A stretch of 64,000 bases of DNA, from positions 97,526,001 through 97,590,000 of the forward strand of contig OZ024741.1 in assembly GCA_964016885.1 (NCBI GenBank). The letters run 5' to 3'. The notes under the pieces were generated by a model, which saw only the letters and a list, made by a program, of their open reading frames with translations, was not told the origin of the DNA and ran no database searches. A program made the translations under genes and the position numbers. The stretch is from Eledone cirrhosa (Eukaryota). Of the stretch, positions 14,992 to 27,000 are shown one piece after another (position 1 is the first letter of the stretch; each line of letters begins with the position of its first letter).

Positions 14992-15000
<9 letters not shown>
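14316..15000 (+). mobile_element. PLE 3' fragment related to 9725-11107 (not in the ORF track)
   Basis: 14316-14519 translates LYEHARQQHDGNINNIEIKIICKHRNDPADRQIGEASEIELRRPKLNRKNEWNNN..*, aligning with LYQHAKIEHKGKLENIEIKI..RQITEAINI..PKLNRKYEW. Shares catgcgcaga, atggcgta and atgacc.tccc.aagtataacaata downstream. Confidence 0.82.
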
Positions 15001-15080
<80 letters not shown>

Positions 15081-15346
15081 ATGTGTAAAGCTATCATAAC
15101 ATATAATATATATGATGATTATGTTTCTCAACAGAGAGGGAGAAATAGATATGTACCAACACTTTTCGTACTGCATTCTTCGTTATTGTTTTTGTTTTTT
15201 TGTTTTTACTTCTATATACATATATACTTATATGTATCACACAGTACATAAATACAGGTGTGAGTGTGTATGTGCGCATATATGCATATATAGAAACATG
15301 TATATGTAGAGGGATGGTAGATAGATTGATGGCTATATATATATAT

Positions 15347-15824
15347 AACAAAGGAATTGTGGTAACGAACCAAATGGACCATAACGCACCAGAGTACTCA
15401 ATACTTAAGGTAGTAGAGTGGGAAATATGAAAAAGTATGACCACGACGGCAGAGTTCAAGCCGTTTCGACGGCTATTTCAGGACTAAATAAGAATGTTTA
15501 GTATGGGAGGTAGGGGTGCCTGAACTTGCCTGCAGAACAATAGGGGAGTGAGTGGAGCGGTCAAGCGCTTGACCGCTCCACTCACTCCCCTATTGTTCTG
15601 CAGGCAAGTTCAGCCACCCCTACCTCCCACCAAATGCCATGATAGACTTATTTGTGTTTACAGGAAATTTTAACCAATCCTCTTGACAACTACAATCTTC
15701 CCTTATAAGGAAGTACCCACTTGAAAAGTTCGGCTATTTATTCACCATACTAAACATTCTAATTTAGTCCTGAAATAGCCGTCGAAACGACTTAAGCTCT
15801 GCTGTCGGGGTCATAATTTTTCAT
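15347..15824 (+). mobile_element. Diverged, longer member of the AACGAAGG family with nested inverted repeats
   Basis: aacaaaggaattgtggtaacgaaccaaatggaccataacgcacc start; outer inverted repeat about 15427-15506 / 15745-15824; inner palindrome 15504-15629. Confidence 0.82.
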
Positions 15825-16462
15825 ATATATATATATATATACAGAGAGAGAGAGGTGGGGGTAGATAGATAAATAGAGATAGATAGGTAGAGAAATATGC
15901 ATATATATATATATATACAAACACTTCCCAAATCTGTCAAGTTCATAGGCCATTTCACAAGAAATAAGGTGAAACGTTTTAAGGAGACTAAGCAAGTATT
16001 TAGATAAACTACCACCAAAATGGTCATTACGTGCAATTTTCACCATCACTGTGCATTGAATTCACTCCACGGCGAAGGAACATCAACTTCAGGTTATTTA
16101 ACTGCCAAATATCAAACATACAAGAGAGTGGCATTTGATATATAAAATTATTGCTGGATTAGGAGAAAATTACAACTTCTCTGTAGTGAAAAATTTACAA
16201 AAAAATAAGTATATTGTATATATATATATATATATATAGGATTTCGCTTCAAACATAACTTTAAACAATATGTATAGAAATTTCGTATTTCGTATTTCGG
16301 GGCGCATATAAATACACATACATATGTATATATATATTTATTAAAATAACAGATCAAAGTTTAAGCAAAGAATCGCTGCTTTCACCCTTAACGGAATCTT
16401 CTGAAACTAGTTTCAGAAGATCCCGCTAAGGGCACATGCGTAAGCATGAGTTTGTGTGTGTG

Positions 16463-16495
<33 letters not shown>

Positions 16496-16935
16496 ATGCT
16501 TGTGTGCACTTACTCGTTTAGATATGTATGTTACGTTTATAGGGGAGTGTCTGTACATGATAATTTGAGTGCATTTGTACGCGCTATCATTGTACTCCGT
16601 TTGATCGCTCATTCGACATGTAGAAACATATAGAGATGTTCACTGTTATTAGGATATGCATGTGTCCCTAAGGATAGATGCGAGACTATGAATAATTAAC
16701 AATTGGATCCATTTTACGATACTCTATATTCTACTCCGACATACTCAGAGGGTTCGAACAGAGATGCTTTTTTCTGGTTCAAACGGTATTAGTATCCCGA
16801 GAAGGTGAAGTAACATGGAACTCTATGTTGTATGATTAGTCACACATATATAGACATACCCAATTATGCAGACGTATTTATCTAGCTACCTCTCATTTTT
16901 ACTCCTACCCGTCTCTATCGCCTCTTCTTCTGCAG

Positions 16936-16936
<1 letters not shown>

Positions 16937-17024
<88 letters not shown>

Positions 17025-17029
17025 TGTGT

Positions 17030-17110
<81 letters not shown>

Positions 17111-17148
17111 TGTGTGTGTGCGTGTGTGTGTCTGTGTGTGTGTGTGTG
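16937..17148. repeat. (CA)n-(TA)n-(TG)n compound microsatellite
   Basis: Visible tracts. Confidence 0.97.
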
Positions 17149-20100
17149 AATGAATGAGAAAGGTGGAATAATTGGGTAGCATTTTACTTAATGGGTAGTG
17201 CTAAAGACATATTCTATCTTTTCTGCTAGATAGCTTATTAATGCGAGATAAGGAGATCTATTTCAGAGATTGACGTGATTCTCATTTGGAGCCAATACTT
17301 GTTCTTCATGGATGTTGCAATAATCACCTATCTGCTCTTTATGGCGCTATCTATGTATTATACATCGCCAATTATAGCCTCTTGCTTATTCTTCCGTATA
17401 TACTTTTATTGTATCAATTGATGTGTAGGTTATGTATTGCTATTTCTGAAATAATATTACTGTAATCAAATATTGCGTTCCTGCCAGCTAGCAAGTACTA
17501 TAAACTAATATGCTGGATCTCTCTGCACAGTGTTATCTACTTCCCATAAACGTTTTGTGACAACGCACTTAATTAAACCCATAAATAACTTTTAAGTAAG
17601 CATTGACGTCTCCATAAATTCTTGATTTTGTTTTGCACAAAGGTATTTACTCGTTATCCTTATCTTTAATTTTTTAGTTTGTATAGTCATTACGACGTAC
17701 GTTTGCTAGATAGAGCAAAAGTATGCTCAAAGCCGCCCAATTACGTCTTCTTTTGTACGCAGGACTAATATGTACATGTCCTTCAATATTTAAGACATTA
17801 CTATTGAATTTGTGCAAATTTGATCGCATTACCTAGCGGATGGAATCTCCTCGATGAGGCACTCTCGTTCACTTATGAAGATATCACATATACAGTTTCC
17901 TGTAGCAGGGATATAGCAGGAACATAATTATATCGGAGAAAATTGTAGATAGGTCTGTGGATACGATTAAGTTAAATTTTCTTCTTACATATTGAAGTTA
18001 TTATTTAGCTGAACGAAATGTGATTATTCGATGTCGGGCTCTGCTACCCGTATATATCCCCACTGATAAAGTCGACCAAAAGGTGAGTGCTAGACTGTGG
18101 TATTCATCATTCCAAATGCAACTAGGAAACTGTTTCAGTCGCCATTTGAAACAGTTTCCTACAACTTGCACTTGTATGTCATTTCACGTTTAAATGGTTG
18201 TGGTCAGCTTCTCATCCTTCACTGACATAATTTAAACGAATACGGTGACGTTGTAGCAAATATACCTCCCTAGGTTTAATGAATGTGGTGAGTGCGTATA
18301 AAACATGACGAAAGACATTTGAGTCTTTCACATAAAAAACAACAGATTGACTTGCGTCACCAAATGTTTTGCCTATTGTAAAAAGTCGCTTCACACTTAT
18401 GGTCTCCATAGTCAACAGATTCTGGGTCATTAAACGGAAGAAAGTTTTATACATTAATACGTCATTTCAATTTATATCTAAATACGACGCAAAACTAAGC
18501 TTGATGTTCACTGGAAAACAAATTTGTTCGTAGTCATAACAGAGTTACCTCCCTCGTCATGGACTGTATCCTACTGATAAGCGACAACGAATATACATTC
18601 TGCAACATACCTTGTTTTAGAAAAGACGTATTGGGCCAGCAACAAAACAACTAGCTATCTGCTGCCGACTGATGATCTGGGACATGTTAATTCAGCTATT
18701 CTTCAAATAAATCAGAAACGTCTCAAACAAATAATAATCTTCCTTCCAGTAAGCACAATCTCTTATACGTTATAATAAAAAAGGAATAGAAGTGTTATAT
18801 ATTCAGGACCTTTCCAGTGATATTGAATATATAGAAAATGCAGTGATTTAACCTTAAGTATTACTATATGAAACCATATAATGTGATATTTCTGTAGATA
18901 ACTTTATCAAATTTCGATAATGTTCAATATATGTATGGAAATATAGGTATTTAAATGGATTACATTGGTATTTTACCTGATTAATACTTATTTCATCGTC
19001 ATCCCGTCTTCCAAACCAATGTTACAACTATTATAACCTTAACTGTTTATACATTTAAGTCTTAAATTTAGAACGTCTCAAAAATGTCTTTATCAGAAAG
19101 AAATATAATACGTTCTCCGGACTAGATAAAAGAAAATTGCAGGATGTGGGAGTATATTTAATCGAAGTAACATCAAGTACAAATAGGATTAAATATCATA
19201 ATTTCATTTCATATTAATCAAACAGAAAGTGCTAAAATTATTGTGCTAAAATTATTAATGAATGTTCGGGATTTAAACTGATATTACATTTTATTTTAGT
19301 GAAAGACTTTTCAGATAAATATATCTTTTTCCTTTACCGAATATTGACTGATTGTATACGGTATTTATTTCAGGTGAACATTAAAATAATTGAGTTTCCT
19401 TGATGAAACTTTAATTTGCAAGTAGATATCTAAATGCTATGCATGTATGGGTCAGGCTAATGTAAAGGTGAGATCGAATCGCAGAAAATGAGCTGATGAG
19501 TGATTACAATTATATCGCTACTGCATGATCCATTACTAGTGAAGGCATGTATGAAATATTGATGGATTAGCAGATAATTCAGGAACAAACTGTTTCCTCT
19601 TGCACATTTAATGCTGGCTTTTTTTCTCTTTATTCCTTTCTTTCATTTAATTTGTGCTTTATTTCACGCAATTATAATTCATTTTCCAATTTCATTTAAT
19701 ATCTTCTTTTTTTAAATAAATCATATTGTTAATTTTATGAAAATTGCTGCATTGATATTGAACGTAGGCCAGTGGATATTAAAATTCAAACAAAATGAAA
19801 TGCATCTAGCTTATAAAAACTTTACACCACACCCTACCGAAAAACAAACAGAAAATATATAAAATATAATGCTACATAAAACAATATAATTCATTTGCAT
19901 AGAGGCTATAACAACAAAAAATATAAATATTTCTAATAGTGTTAAATCGATAAATGGTGAAAATTGAAAGGAAAATTAGAAATTAAATGGAGATATGATA
20001 TTGTGTATGCAAGATATTTGGTTGAAACGAATCGCAATTGAAACTGCGCTGTTAATAAGGTGGTAATATTCGTTACACGCCCTGATAATGATTGATAGTA

Positions 20101-20620
20101 AAATATTTGGTTTGCAATTAGATTGGAAATAATACCTCTATATTAATGGTGACGGCTTCTAGAGGAACAATACCTACAAAAATAACAAGCAACTATTAAA
20201 TCATGTATATTTCAATAATAACGACAATAACTACAGTAAGAATATATATAGTTCCAAATCTAACCGTAACACTGAATATAACCAATATAAGAATAACAAT
20301 AAAAGTAGTATCACTGTCTACACCTACACTAATGGCACAAACAACAACAACAGCATCATGAAAATCACATATAAGCTTTTCTATTCACATTGAAAATCTG
20401 ATGTGTAGATTTATTTCAGATGGCAACAGCTGTCAAGTGTGGTTTAGCTCGATGCTCACAGAACTCATACGGAACATGAGAGGTACAGTGTTCGATTCTC
20501 TGTTGCAGCTGCTTACCACTTTTTTCCGTCATCAGTTCCCTTCCTACGTTCGAACATTTCTACATTTCTACATTTACAAAGCAATTCAATTGACTCGACG
20601 CTTCAATATTAACTCACAAT

Positions 20621-20663
<43 letters not shown>

Positions 20664-20675
20664 CATATATATATA

Positions 20676-20850
20676 TAACGAAGGAAATGTGGTAAGGAAC
20701 CAGGTGGACCATAACGCACCAAAGTACTCAATACTTAGGGTAGTAGAGAGGGTAATAGGAACCAGTAAGATCCCGACGGCTGAGCTCAAGCCGTCGAATT
20801 AGCCGTCGAAACGGCTTGAGCTCAGCCGTCGGGGTCTTACTGGTTCCTAT
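20676..20850 (+). mobile_element. AACGAAGG family copy with fold-back end; partial second start at 20872
   Basis: ataggaaccagtaagatcccgacggctgagctcaagccgt...acggcttgagctcagccgtcggggtcttactggttcctat; (TA)n on both sides. Confidence 0.88.
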
Positions 20851-21177
20851 ATATATATATATATATATATATAACGAAGGAATAGTGTTAAGAAATGCGC
20901 ACGGTATGTGCGCATTTCTTCTAAGTTTAATTTTACTACTAATTACGTGCGGTTGACGATATATTTGATCGGATTCTGCATGCTGCCGAAGTGTTTAATA
21001 AATAGTGAACGGAGTTACCGCGAACTAGCTGCGGTCAATTATTTGTCGGAGATTTCCCCGTTAGAAAATTTATTCTTAAAGCTTGCTAGATTTGATTATG
21101 TATATGGTTAATTATGCTGATTAGAAGAAGAAATAGTATATATTTTAATATCTGATTGATTCTATAGACATGAGTTA

Positions 21178-21212
<35 letters not shown>

Positions 21213-21446
21213 AACATACATATATATATTTCAGGTAGAAAAAAAAGCTTCAACAGCCCTATATCAACATAGGTGTCAAGGTACACAGAGGTTTCACTAC
21301 ATTTACAATAAAAAATGCATCTAAAGCTTGGTAAGTCTGGTGTTAGAGGAATGCACGAGATTAAAATTATGAACAATTGTTTATTAGTATATGTTTAACC
21401 AAGTGATAAATAATATCCTACTATCTCTTCTGAAATATATTTTCTT

Positions 21447-21477
<31 letters not shown>

Positions 21478-23000
21478 ACATATGCAGAGGGAATGAAAGA
21501 GAGAAAGAGAGAGAGGAGTATGTGTTTTTGCTAGTGTGTTATTTTTTATACTTGTAACTGATATTCCGTCAAGTATATCATTTTTTACTTCATCTCTATA
21601 CAACATTATTTTACCGACCTGACGCTAAAAATAGTCATTTTCCAACAGCATTTTCCTAATGATTTATCGAAAGATATATTTTCGATATATTTGCTGCGTT
21701 TGCACACGCACACACACACACACACGCACACACGCACACACACTCACAGGCACACAGACACATGCATACATACATACATACACATATACATACATATATA
21801 TATATACATAGGTGGTTGATGGCTGAGAGAAAGATTACTCAATACAAATGTAGAGTTTTAATATTAATTTTACTAGATCAACTGTGACCCGTTGGGTCCC
21901 GTTCACATCAAAATATTTTAAAAAAATCATATTTACTTAAGATTAATTTTTAAATAATTAAAATATACACAGACATGTATATAATGTGAAATGAAACTGG
22001 AAGGCATATATAAATACGTATTTATATGTATATATATAAAAGGGTGTGTATATATACACAATAACACTACCAGCTCTCTCTCTCTCTTTCAGTTTCTTTT
22101 TCTATATGTATATACGTACATATTGAGAACATCTATATATATCGCACGTGGATGCAAGGTGGTTAGTGAATTGGTACGCAATGTTATTTAAAGTAGAGTT
22201 AAATATACATTTCTATTTAAAACAAGAAAAAAAAGTACTTCCCAAAATCTCTTTCACGTGGCCGATCCTCATCATCATCATCATCTTCGTTTAACGTCCA
22301 TCTTCTACGCTAGCATGGGTCATTGAATGGAAATCCCGCAGCCTGAAACTCAGAGTAGAGATTAATGAATTTTGGGAATACAGATACACGTTTGCTCGGT
22401 GCGTTTATACATGTCTCTTTTCTCGCTCGGATTACACATATATACACACTCGTGTTCACAAATATATACATGTATGTATGTCTATGTGTGTGTATGTGTA
22501 TGTGTGCTTGTGTGTGTGTTTGCGCGCTGTTTGTGTGTGTGTTTGCGCGCTGTTTGTGTGTGTGTGTGTGTATGTGCCAGCGTATGTGTATATATATATA
22601 TATATATATATAGTTTTGATACATTTCTTATTGATATTCCTTTTTAATTTCATTTGATCATATCCTAAAATTGTGTTTCAGAATTTTTGATGAGAGCTTG
22701 TTTTCAATTTTCATTATTTTATATTTACTTCGTTGTCAAAATCAATATAGCTAGAATCAACACTTTCAACCCACCAACAGCAACAGCACCACCTTTGCCA
22801 CCACTACCTCCGACAATAATAAAACGAAGTAGAAAACTAGCTTTTCTATTCCTTCTGTCGATGTAAGCTATCCATCATCTCACTTGTTACAATTTTATTG
22901 CTCCAGAATATTGTTCGCGATTGTAATTCCACTGGAAATGTTTGACAAATGAAATCACTCATTTTATGTCTTAACACATCTCTTATATTTACATTTAGTT

Positions 23001-23128
<128 letters not shown>

Positions 23129-23460
23129 GTGAAAAACACTAACAATGTCTCTTTAATTCTATTTCTACACATCTCTCTGTCTTGCTTCATGTTTCTTTTC
23201 CCATGCTCTCTTTGAAATCTTCATTAATGTTATTTTTGTTGTGGTTGTTCGTGCTAACTTCATTTCCCTGTTGATAAAGGTTTTGATGAGGAAGTATATC
23301 AGGAGATGTAGGTTGAAAGGGAGGATGACAGTTTTGATTATCTTGATCTTAATAGTGAATTTTATAGTGGTGATGATACTGGTGGTGATGATACTGGTGG
23401 TGATCACTAGTGATGAAGGTGAAGATGATGACGTTGATAACAAATTTGTTTTTATTATTA

Positions 23461-23500
23461 CCCTACATGTCGGCCCTTGTGGCCAATAAATGAAATCATT
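23461..23500 (+). mobile_element. About 40-bp 3' stub of Tx1 family A in an ATT tract
   Basis: ccctacatgtcggcccttgtggccaataaatgaaatcatt is nearly identical to 29801-29840. Confidence 0.85.
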
Positions 23501-23510
23501 ACTACATTAT

Positions 23511-23646
23511 TATAATAAATTGAAGTGAAAGCAACTGGTGCGTGTGTTTCTTATTGGCAACATGACCCTCCCAAAGTATAACAATATCGGTTTCAACACA
23601 CGATTTCAGATAAAGAATCTTGCTAAACAAATTCAGAAACGAAATT
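23511..23646 (+). repeat. Copy of the PLE pseudo-LTR 3' segment at 10975-11108
   Basis: tataataaattgaagtgaaagcaactggtgcg...aaattcagaaacgaaat is near-identical in both places. Confidence 0.9.
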
Positions 23647-23754
23647 ACTATCATTAATATTCTTGATACGCACAGTGATCTTATTACCACTGGAATTTTG
23701 TCTCCCTATCAAATTATGCAACATCCGATAAACATATTTTTCCGATGGATATTC

Positions 23755-23952
23755 GCTGGTGAATTGGCAGTATCGGTAGAGGGTCGGACGCCATACTTTC
23801 CAGCATAGTTACGTCCCTTTACGGTCTGAGTTCAAATCCCGTGGAAGTTAACTTTGCCTTTGACCCTTACCGGGTCGATAAAATAAAGTAGCAGTAATGA
23901 ACTGGTTGATTGCGGCCTTGTGCCAAAACTAGTAACAATTATTATTATTATT
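23755..23952 (+). mobile_element. tRNA-derived SINE with (ATT)n tail
   Basis: A-box-like tggcagtatcgg (23765), B-box-like gagttcaaatcc (23828), core gggtcgataaaataaagta, 3' ggccttgtgcc hairpin. Confidence 0.82.
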
Positions 23953-23963
23953 GTTTTTGTTTA

Positions 23964-23994
<31 letters not shown>

Positions 23995-24035
23995 ATCGTT
24001 ATTTGGATGAGAACCCTTACATAAATGAAATTATA

Positions 24036-24080
<45 letters not shown>

Positions 24081-27000
24081 GGTCTAATCGGACGTATGTT
24101 GCTCGCTCCCAGTAAGTCACTTTATTTGCCTGTTAAAATTATTTGTTGTTAAATATTTCTTGTTGTGTAAGGGATATAAGCCCTTAGACTTTGTCTCGTG
24201 AAGGGGAAAGTATAATATTGGGCCTTTTGGCCCAAATATTTGAACTTTTTTTACATTTTAAAAAAATTTACGGAGAAAAAAAACATGGCTGAGCCACGCC
24301 CCCCAGCGATATGTCTGCTGTCGTGCGACAACGACGTAGAGATTGAGAGGAGCACTACAGCGAAATTAACACCAATTGATAACACAAACACCACCACAAA
24401 GAATGTAAACAAAGAAACAAATGATACCAATGAGAACTCTAATTTTGAAAAAAATGACAGTAACAGCGACAACGAAAATACAGATAATTAAAAAAATGAT
24501 AAATGCAACAACAATATCAACACCACTAACATGAAAACAAATAGCGACAACACCAACAGCAACAATACCAACTGCACCGAGAATAACGGTGGAAAGAAAC
24601 AGTGATAACAACAACACCAACAAGAACAACGACAACCACAACAACACCCCCAACGAAAACAAGAAAAAGAGTTTCGCTGCAGCAGAAGCAAAAAAGAGGC
24701 CATGCTTCAACATGGACCTCTCAAACAAAGATGAAAAGTTGGCCCAGGCATGGAAGCTCATCAAGCAAGAGCAAACCTGGGCCAACTTAAATGTCCCGGT
24801 AGAAGCTATTGAGGCAGTGGAGCGCAGAACGGTGCATTATAGATGCATCTCAGCAAAAACCAAAAGGTCAGCTTTAATCCCACAAGCAGATGTCGAAGTC
24901 GCGGTGAGGTGAATCAGAGAAGACACCGAATACATAGAGAGGAGCCGACAGTACGGCACCATTTCGGTGCTGTTCAAGTCAGAAGCCCTCGCTATGAAAC
25001 ACGCTATGACTCCTTGCAAAACCAGCAAGGTCATAATGTACCCATCCCACATGGGAAAAAGAACGGCCAGTCTCCGCATTCCCAGTATTCCACCAGGACT
25101 TGACATGTGGTGGCTTCTGGGATGTGTGATTGTGGAGCTGACGGATACCATCCCTATAGAAGTGACCAGAACGGCCATAGAGGAGTGGTCCGGGGTTCAC
25201 CTGGAGATCCTTCTCCAGATCAGGCCCGAGAATGTGAAGACAATCCCGAACCACATCCGCCTTCAGAATGGGACGGTCATTCACATTATGACCGAAGGCA
25301 AAAGGCCGCAGTGTTTTGTTTGTGGGGAAAAAACCCATTTGAGAGCCTTCTGCCCTCAACTGCTGAAAGAGGCAAGGGGTCGAAAGGCTCCATTGCTGCT
25401 GACGCCGGGGCGATGACCACAACCAACACCAGCACCGGCAAAACCACCAACAACAACACCAATAGAAAGACCACCACCAACATTGACCACCCAGGGGAGA
25501 AACGAGGAAAGCTGTCAAATTCCCCCTACTCCCAAAATACACACACCAATAAAACCATAAACATACACACAGACACACTTACGTACACAGACCCCTCATC
25601 TACCAGTAGGGAAGATGAGGGAAAACCAAAATCCCCCAAAATACAAAAAAACGAAATACAAAAAGAAAAAAAAATCTCAACAAAGCACAAAATCACCCAC
25701 AATAAAAAACGCAGACACCACCCACGCAAATATCTCTCCAATTACACCAACATCAACACCACTATCACCATCACCAAAATCCCCCAAACGCAAACAACCT
25801 AAACAGACGCAAGAACATATAAACACAAACAACTGAAACCACAGACACCGCACTCACAACAAACAGACACAACCGAAACAACACCACCAAAACAATCACA
25901 ACACAGCCACGCAAACAAATAAAATCACACCAACGAAACATACAAAACTTCGTGCTCGTCAGGAGGGCCAACAAGGAACTGATGGCCCTCGTAGCACGAA
26001 GTGAAAATATACAAAAAGAGGGGGAAATGTTTAAATCGAGCACATTTCGCATGCCGGAAGATTTGGTTCTGGTGCGAATGTCGCTCGATTTATACAAAGA
26101 AATACGAGACAGCTTTCCTCGGGACGTGGGAACCCCGAACGTAAAACCCACTTCAAGACTTTTAAAGGGTTCCCAAAAGAAACCCCACCAACTATGGAGG
26201 TCGGACAACCCGACCTTCACAAGAGCCCGGAAGGTAAGTAAACATTTCCTCTCTCTCTTTTTAACCTGCCAACATGGCCGTATTAAGAGTAGGATGTTTA
26301 AATGTTCGAGGCTTGGGATCGTCCTTGAAGCAGGGTCACCTGCTCAACGACCTCAGGTCTCTACAAATGGATGTAATTGCCGTCAGCGAGACCAGGATTT
26401 CCGACACGCGCGCACTAGCCCCCATTTTCGACGGCTATCAGATCTTTGCATCTGTTAGCCGGCCGGGAATGGGAGGCGGGGTGCAGTGCTGTTTAGGAAA
26501 GGCCTGGATCTCGAGGTAAGGTCGATCTTCCGGGAGCCGGACGGGAAGTTGGTGGTCCTGGACGTGAACAATAACGAAGGTGGTGCCTTTAGACTGGTGG
26601 CCGTCTATACTCCTACTGGGGCAGGACGGCCGGACTTCTTTAGACGCCTGGAAGCCTTTCTGGGTACGTCTCGCCCTTTACTGTTAGCGGCGGACTGGAA
26701 CGGCATCTTAGAAGCACGCTGGGATTGTGTGGCAGTATCCGATAGGAGTGGGGGGGGGGGGCTTGCACAAACCTCAAGAACCTGATCAGCCAGTTCTAAC
26801 TGTGTGACAGGTACCGACTAGATTTCCCTAATGCGCCAGTGTGGACCTGGACTAACCGCATAGGGTCATCTAGATCGTATATAGACAGGATATTCATTAG
26901 GAAAATAGACAGAAATAGTGTAAGCTGTCCACGTTTTGAAACGATTGCCTATTCAGATCAGATAGGACGCGTAGGTTAGGATCTGTTTACTGGAAGCTAA

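Noticed and set aside
17200-20400. Unique-looking AT-rich sequence, including ORF 18212-18454 and a small hairpin at about 18124-18160
   Set aside because: No recognisable domain, splice structure or repeat identity could be supported by eye.
23755-23845. tRNA gene
   Set aside because: A and B boxes are present but there is no cloverleaf; it continues into a SINE core and tail and is repeated at 61580.
24106-24117. GTAAG donor-like motif near the Tx1 5' ends (also 43944-43949 and 60869-60874, minus)
   Set aside because: Absent from B and D and with no conserved acceptor; too inconsistent to claim.
24218-24235. Histone mRNA 3' stem-loop
   Set aside because: It does not fit the GGYYYU-UYUH-ARRRCC consensus, lies in a 5'UTR, and no histone ORF is present.
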